A stretch of 38,078 bases of DNA, taken from contig NC_068989.1 of the NCBI RefSeq assembly GCF_001194135.2, positions 67,695,100-67,733,177 on the forward strand, in the 5' to 3' direction. The notes under the pieces are model-generated. The model ran no database searches. It saw nothing but the letters and a program-made list of their open reading frames with translations, and was not told where the DNA came from. Below, piece by piece: positions 32,097 through 38,078 of this stretch; within the stretch, counting starts at the first letter, position 1, and every line of letters begins with the position of its first letter. A program made the position numbers and the translations under genes. The DNA is from Octopus bimaculoides. Its lineage: Eukaryota.

Positions 32097-32168
32097 GGGC
32101 AGTTTAGCTTAATGGTAAAGCACTCGACGCTTAATCACAGGGATGTGAGTTCGAGTCTCATGGCTGGA
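32097..32168 (+). pseudogene. tRNA-Lys(CTT)-like relic (pseudogene or orphan SINE head)
   Basis: D arm GCTT/AAGC and T arm GTGAG-TTCGAGT-CTCAT pair; the anticodon loop CGCTTAA has a broken stem; T5 run at ~32179. Confidence 0.5.
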
Positions 32169-32530
32169 CGGTAACGTATTTTTCTGCAATGTTTGGATAA
32201 TTTATCCTGTTCACGCTATTTTATTAGCATTATCACGCGTTTGAGAATACAAAAATTATTTCTGTATCTTTCAATACATCTCAACGCTTCTAAAACAAAC
32301 TTTGTTTACTTTCATCGTAAGTTATATATATGTGCATACATACGTATAACAATTTTTTTTTACAATGTATCATGAATTTGAATGCCTCTAGAATTAAATA
32401 AATGATGAGAATATATTGTGCTAAAAAAAGAAGCAGATGATTGTAATACCGTCCCGCCAGACTAACTCACTGGCTTCAAACTGTTCCTATTAGACTCAGT
32501 TTACGACCTGCTCCGAATAGGGATCCAACT

Positions 32531-32749
32531 AAGGCGCGAACTCGCAGAAAGGTTAGCACACCAGGCGAAATGCTTAGCAGTGTTTCGTCTGTCTTTACGT
32601 TCTGAGTTCAAATTCCGCCGAGGTCGAATTTGTCTTTCATCATTTAGGGATCGATAAATTAAGTACCAGTTGCGTACTGGAGACGATCTAATCGACTGCC
32701 CCCCCCCCCAGCAAAAATTTCGGGTCTTGCGCCCTGAGTAGAAAAGAAT
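32531..32749 (+). mobile_element. Family E SINE, full length
   Basis: Head AAGGCGCGAACTCGCAGAAAGGTTAGCAC, core GTCGAATTTGTCTTTCATC...GATAAATTAAGTACCAG and tail GAGTAGAAAAGAAT. Confidence 0.85.
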
Positions 32750-32998
32750 AAGGATCTAACTATAAATAATAGGCTAACTTATTTCGTTGCATACGAACAA
32801 AGTAATTTTGTAGTTTCCGAATATAAAGTTCTGTTTTTTTTTTCTGATATTCATAATGATTTCTCATCTGATTGCAGCCTGACCTGGAAAATATTTTTAT
32901 AAGTTTTAAATTCCACCTTGTTTATAACGTATATGAAGTCTATTTTGATTAAAAAAAAAAACTCCTTATTCCTATGTATTTACGAATAAGCTTTAGCA

Positions 32999-33314
32999 CA
33001 ATTGTTCTCAACCGGGGTCCATATGGCCCTTGAAAGACCGAGAATTTTGGGGGTCACGCAACAAAATAATAAATTGGGGATCCACAATAGAAAATTAAGG
33101 ACCTCTGAAAAATGTTTGCTTTAGATTTATGTATTGGTATGTATTGCAAGAAACAGTAAGGTTTCTTTCTCTAACGTTTTGCATAAAACAAAATAGGAAT
33201 TTTGAAAGAAGCTTCTATAAAACTAGTTTCTAAACATCAAATGGCTATGGGAGTCCACCAGAATAAAATTGTAATCAAAGGGGTCTATAGAGAAAAAATG
33301 GTTGAGAACTCCTG
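32999..33314. mobile_element. hAT/Charlie-type MITE
   Basis: TIRs CAATTGTTCTCAACC and, on the reverse strand, CAGGAGTTCTCAACC; subterminal GGGGTCC motifs. No intact 8-bp TSD. Confidence 0.7.
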
Positions 33315-33664
33315 CAACGGGTGTGATGTGATTTGACTAGACCCCTGGAAAACACAAGAACAGGTGTCTAGATGATTTTGTGTTTATGGCTGAAAATTAC
33401 GATGTTCCTATCCGTTAGCGAACGGTAAACATAAAACCATGTGGACGCCTGCTTTTGCATTTTCCAGGGATAGAGTCAAATGAAATCTTACCCTCTAAAG
33501 CGTATTCATAAGTTCAAAAGGTTAAATTGTAGCGGGAAGTTACCGTTCTAGAAGTTGAATGTTGGTGTACCATCGTTGTATTATTGTGGTGGTATGCTTT
33601 CCACCGCATACATTTTATTGAATTTTAAGGTTTTGGGATTTGCTACTGCAAAACAAAGCTACTG

Positions 33665-33855
33665 TAGAACAGGGTATACGATATTCTGGAAAGGAAATGG
33701 ACAACGTATGGGAGTGGGTGTAGGATTTATCATTAAAAATGAGATAGTGTCAAAGTTGAGTGACTTATCAGTGGGTACTAATGAGAGAATCATTTCCCTA
33801 AGCATGAAGTTATGAGAAGATCACTTTGCGACAGTTATAAGTACATATGCACTTT
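33665..33855 (+). mobile_element. RTE-type LINE AP-endonuclease fragment
   Basis: RTGYTIFWKG...GVGVGFIIKNEI...NERIISL...TVISTYA. Confidence 0.8.
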
Positions 33856-33978
33856 TCCCGTACTGCATTTTTGATGATATAGAGACGCTTTCCTCGAATA
33901 TTCGAATGTGTGCAGTTCCATAATCTGTTCTCTTCTCGTTTGTTAAATAGTGCTCAGCTCTTTGGGAGAGGTTTATAT

Positions 33979-34195
33979 ATTGGTTTCAAATTTTGGCACC
34001 AGGCCAGCAATTTCGGGGATGGGGATAAATCGGTTACAGTGACCTCAGGGCTCAACTGGTATTTATTTTATCGTTCCCGAAAGGATGAAAGGCAAAGTCG
34101 ACTCTAGCAGCATTTGAACTCAGAACGTAAAGTCAGAAAAAATGCCGCTAAGCATTTTTCCCGGTGCGGTAACGATTCCGTCAATTGGCCGCCTT
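33979..34195 (-). mobile_element. Family E SINE
   Basis: CCCGAAAGGATGAAAGGCAAAGTCGAC...TGAACTCAGAACGTAA...GCTAAGCATTT. Confidence 0.85.
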
Positions 34196-34669
34196 TGAGA
34201 GGATTATATATTAAAATGTTATAACATGTCAACGATAAAAGAGATGAGTACTCAACACACAATACAAAGTATGTTGCTTATTTTTGTATGTGGCTAAGCT
34301 TCTCATTGGCTAGTTATTAGATATTATTTTGTTATAGTAGTATTTTTTTTTAATTACCATTAGCCAATTCGTTGATTATTTTTTCTCTGTTGGCCGATCT
34401 CATTATTACACCAGGTTTATCTAGATTATCATTAGTTAGTTTACGGAGGGTGTTTGTGTGTATGATCTGAAAGATAACTTATCTGGAGCATTGTGGAATA
34501 ATATTAATGCAATTAATACAAATAAAACAATTAATATGATTAATATAATTGATGAATGAATGTATGTGTGTCTGAGTGTAATAACCAGGTAAAGTAACTC
34601 ATTGCACAAAGTAGAATTTATATTTCAAACCTCACATTTGATAAGCTACAACTTTGGCGATTAACATAA

Positions 34670-34794
34670 TATTCATTCATTCATTCATTCAGTCATCCAT
34701 CCATCCATCCATCCATCCATACATGCATGCATACCTACATACATGTGTATATTTGTTTGTGTGTGTGTGTGCGTGTGCATGCGTGAGTGTGTGT

Positions 34795-34825
<31 letters not shown>

Positions 34826-34850
34826 AGTGTGTGTGTGTGTGTGTGTGTGA
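34670..34850. repeat. Compound (ATTC)/(CCAT)/(TG) microsatellite
   Basis: Read directly from the sequence. Confidence 0.95.
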
Positions 34851-35084
34851 TAAATAAATTCGATTCAGAACTATCAATAAGAAAATTTATAGAGTAAAAT
34901 ATTTACAGTTTAGAAAATTACAAGACAGTTAGAGATAGTCTATACGGTACGTGACCGGAAACAAGTCTGAAGGCCAGCAAGAGATTAACAAATGTTTCCA
35001 CATATACAACATGGAATCGTTTGATTTAGTTGTGGAGACTGTTGCAAACTTTAACATTTTATTTGTCTAGTCAACCCAGATTTT

Positions 35085-35496
35085 TCGGCGATCTTTCGGT
35101 ACGATTATCTAAATATCGGCCTTTTCCGTAAAAAGTGTCTTCGGCGATCTTTACCAAAGATCTTCACTACGGTGTTAGGGTTAGGGTTTTAGTGTCAGGG
35201 TTAGGGTTTTACAGTTAGGGTTAGTGTTTAGGGTTAGGGTTACGGTTACGGTTAGGGACGGAATTCCTTAACGCAAACCCTAAAACCCAAACCCTAACCG
35301 TAAACCTAACCCTAACCCTAACTCTAAGCCCTTCCAAATAAATCGCGCTTTCTGTATGTCTTTCGCTGTTATGACATCGTTTCCTTGTTTCTCTCCAACA
35401 CTTCTTACGGAAAAAGCCGATCTTTGGTAAAGATCCCCGAAGACACTTTTTACGGAAAAGGCCGATATTTAGGTAATCGTACCGAAAAATCGTCGA
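35085..35496. mobile_element. Palindromic MITE-like element with ~78-bp terminal inverted repeats and opposed telomere-like tracts
   Basis: Arms 35085-35162 and 35419-35496 are near-perfect inverses. TTAGGG-like units at ~35176-35238, central GGAATTCC, CCCTAA-like units at ~35256-35305; T-runs on both flanks. Confidence 0.85.
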
Positions 35497-35499
35497 TTT

Positions 35500-36190
35500 T
35501 TCTTCAGCAGGTTTTATTATAAATAGAACGAGATTGTTCAACAGATCTGATAGTTTGTACACTCATTTGATTTTTAGTATAGAATGCAAACGTCACTAAT
35601 GAAATCACCCAAATAATATGAGGTGCTTCCAATATACTACCCATGTCCTCACATGAGTAGAGAAGGGATGAAAGCATACATGCCCTGTACACTGCAACCT
35701 TTGTGCTTTCGGTAGAATCTCTATTAGACCGAACTCGCTCTTCAAGACTCTGGAAACGTGAGATGCTTTTTGATGACAGTTGGTTATTTCATCATCTAAT
35801 GAACAAACAGGATTCAACACACTTCCAAAATATGTAAATTTGTCTACAGCATTCAGTTTTGTGTTTTGAACACAGGATTATAGAACGGGTTGGAAGCTGA
35901 TTGAAACATAACAGTTATATCTAACATTATAGTGAGCCAAAAAACCATATGGGGTTCATCAAGTTTAAGCATTAGGCGCTTCATGTCACTGATTGAATGG
36001 GTTACCACGTCACAGTCATCTGCATCCAGTACAATTCTTATTAGAAAGGCGAACGTCTGTTTCTTTTTTGCTGAAAACCTTTCCAAATTAAATAGTTTAC
36101 CGGTGCTTCTGAAATAAGTATGTACACCTACCTTGAAATCTTGGATTGCATTCCCAAGTACAATCGAAGAATATAGAGAAAACAAAGTCG
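35500..36190 (-). mobile_element. RTE (BovB-like) LINE reverse-transcriptase fragment, decayed
   Basis: GVHTYFRSTGKLFNL.R..AK, LDADDC (YADD-like), VDKFTYFGS, LDDEITN..QKAS and YRACMLSSLLYSCE. Confidence 0.85.
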
Positions 36191-36199
36191 GAATATTAT

Positions 36200-36560
36200 T
36201 GGGCGATGGTCAGGTCATACAAATATACAATATTCTGGAAAGGAAAAGAATGAGAACGTATGATAGCAACTGTAGGATTTGCCATTAAAAATGAGAGAGT
36301 GCCGAATAAAATTAAGATATGATTGTTATACGACACTTATAAGTACATATGCACCGACTCTAGATAGCAGGGAAGAAACAAAACTCAGATTTTATGAAGC
36401 TTTAAAAAATATTTGCGTTGCATAGCCAATTCTGATAAAAATTATTTTGCTTGGTGACTTTAACACTGATTGAAACACCTGGAGATGTCATGGAAGATAT
36501 GGGGTTGAGAAAATTAATGATAATGGTTTGCTACTGCGTCAGCTTATTGAAATAATCGTG
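36200..36560 (+). mobile_element. RTE LINE AP-endonuclease fragment, opposite in orientation to the adjacent RT fragment
   Basis: YTIFWKG, GFAIKNE, ISTYAPTL, RFYEAL, ILLGDFN and INDNGLLL. Confidence 0.8.
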
Positions 36561-37754
36561 ACCGGATAATAAATGTGATACTAATATCTTCATTCCTTCA
36601 TCTCTTTTAGATAATCCTGATGCGCTGAGCTCAATACTATAAAAGCTTAACATTATTTCTATATCGCTGTCTGTATTAAATCCATAACAGTTGGGTGTTT
36701 TGGGTCCATTTAGGTATTCCAGTTTCCGCACATTTTAAAGAACGATTTTATTTCACGATACTCCAGTTTTCATTAATTTTGCTAATAATTTTAAGAATAA
36801 GAGAATTTCATGAATAAAACATTATATTATGCTCAACTATAGTTTCCGATGAAATAAATCCCTTTCACATTCAACATATTAATATGTTGAATGGCATTTA
36901 CATACTTCATACAAGAAAAAAAAAAAAAAAGGAATTTAATATGCTGCTGAAGCTGAGACTAAATGCCTATCAGAACCAAAGGGCATTAGATATCAAACCA
37001 CTATATACGTATTGGAAAACGATTTTATTTCCGACATAAAAGATAACATTTCAAGAGAAATGGCATATTAAACAGAATATGCTTTCATTAAAAACAATTT
37101 ATAGCTATTTTTCAGCCTGGGCAACGTCAGGTGTTCTGCTCGTATATATATTAGAGTATATATATATTAGAGTGNNNNNNNNNNNNNNNNNNNNNNNNNN
37201 NNNNNNNNNNNNNNNNNNNNNNNNNNNNNNNNNNNNNNNNNNNNNNNNNNNNNNNNNNNNNNNNNNNNNNNNNNNNNNNNNNNNNNNNNNNNNNNNNNNN
37301 NNNNNNNNNNNNNNNNNNNNNNNNNNNNNNNNNNNNNNNNNNNNNNNNNNNNNNNNNNNNNNNNNNNNNNNNNNNNNNNNNNNNNNNNNNNNNNNNNNNN
37401 NNNNNNNNNNNNNNNNNNNNNNNNNNNNNNNNNNNNNNNNNNNNNNNNNNNNNNNNNNNNNNNNNNNNNNNNNNNNNNNNNNNNNNNNNNNNNNNNNNNN
37501 NNNNNNNNNNNNNNNNNNNNNNNNNNNNNNNNNNATATATATATATATATATATATAGATATACATATATATATACTACCCACACTAGACAAAGTTGCTA
37601 GCTACATATAAGTGTGTTCTTGGTAAACATCTACTTCCGGAGAAATCTAATATACACGATTCGATTTAATTGCTTAAAGGTCAGAGCTACAGTAAATATA
37701 TGAAGAAGCAAAGTTTCAATTTAACATTTAGTAATTTCCAATCTTGAAGTAGTA

Positions 37755-37759
37755 ATTAC

Positions 37760-37790
<31 letters not shown>

Positions 37791-38030
37791 TGTATGTATG
37801 TATGTGTGTGTGTGTATGTATGTGTGTGTGTATGTGTGTGTTGTGTGTGTGTGTATAACTGCATACATTTATATGCATATACACAACTACAGTCAAACAC
37901 TTGTATATATGTTTACACATATGCTCTCTCCCTCCCCCACTCACATAGACATATAAACATATATAAGCACACAAATATATATGTATATATATATGTAAAT
38001 ATATATAATATACATATGTATATACATGTA

Positions 38031-38078
<48 letters not shown>
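37755..38078. repeat. (ATGT)n/(TG)n/(TA)n microsatellites
   Basis: Read directly from the sequence. Confidence 0.95.

Noticed and set aside
35176-35305. True chromosome end or confirmed ancient telomere fusion
   Set aside because: Short, degenerate tracts enclosed by long TIRs; a transposon origin is simpler until copy number is known.
36531-36731. 66-aa minus-strand ORF that reads like a protein
   Set aside because: GTG start, an in-frame stop just upstream, no usable acceptor and no recognisable motif.

Overview
AT-rich animal genomic DNA from a gapped short-read assembly; the repeat content suggests a coleoid cephalopod, probably Octopus (inference from recalled SINE families). No prokaryotic systems, CRISPR arrays or rRNA are present. 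The ORF track misses the main gene: three small minus-strand exons (16902-16945, 6723-6886, 4251-4369) have canonical splice sites and matching phases and join into the N-terminal part of a HAX1-like protein (MFRFFFDSFFDDNNRRQDDPF...GFDSLFHHFD...SLRDAMLK...). Its 3' exons were not found in the window. Most of the rest is transposon debris: at least five SINE families; LINE fragments of the CR1/L2, CRE, L1/Tx1, R4/Dong and RTE types; three decayed mariners; a Chapaev3-like transposase; hAT- and piggyBac-type MITEs; a probable solo LTR; two tRNA-like relics; and many micro/minisatellites. I found no clear evidence of a wholly new multi-gene system. The best leads are: a ~350-bp foldback hairpin with a 12-bp flanking duplication in HAX1-like intron 1; a ~410-bp palindrome holding opposed TTAGGG/CCCTAA tracts; a candidate antisense coding exon in intron 2; and a LINE/SINE pair sharing a 3' stem-loop with compensatory changes. 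Repeat boundaries are approximate and family names come from recalled motifs, not database searches.
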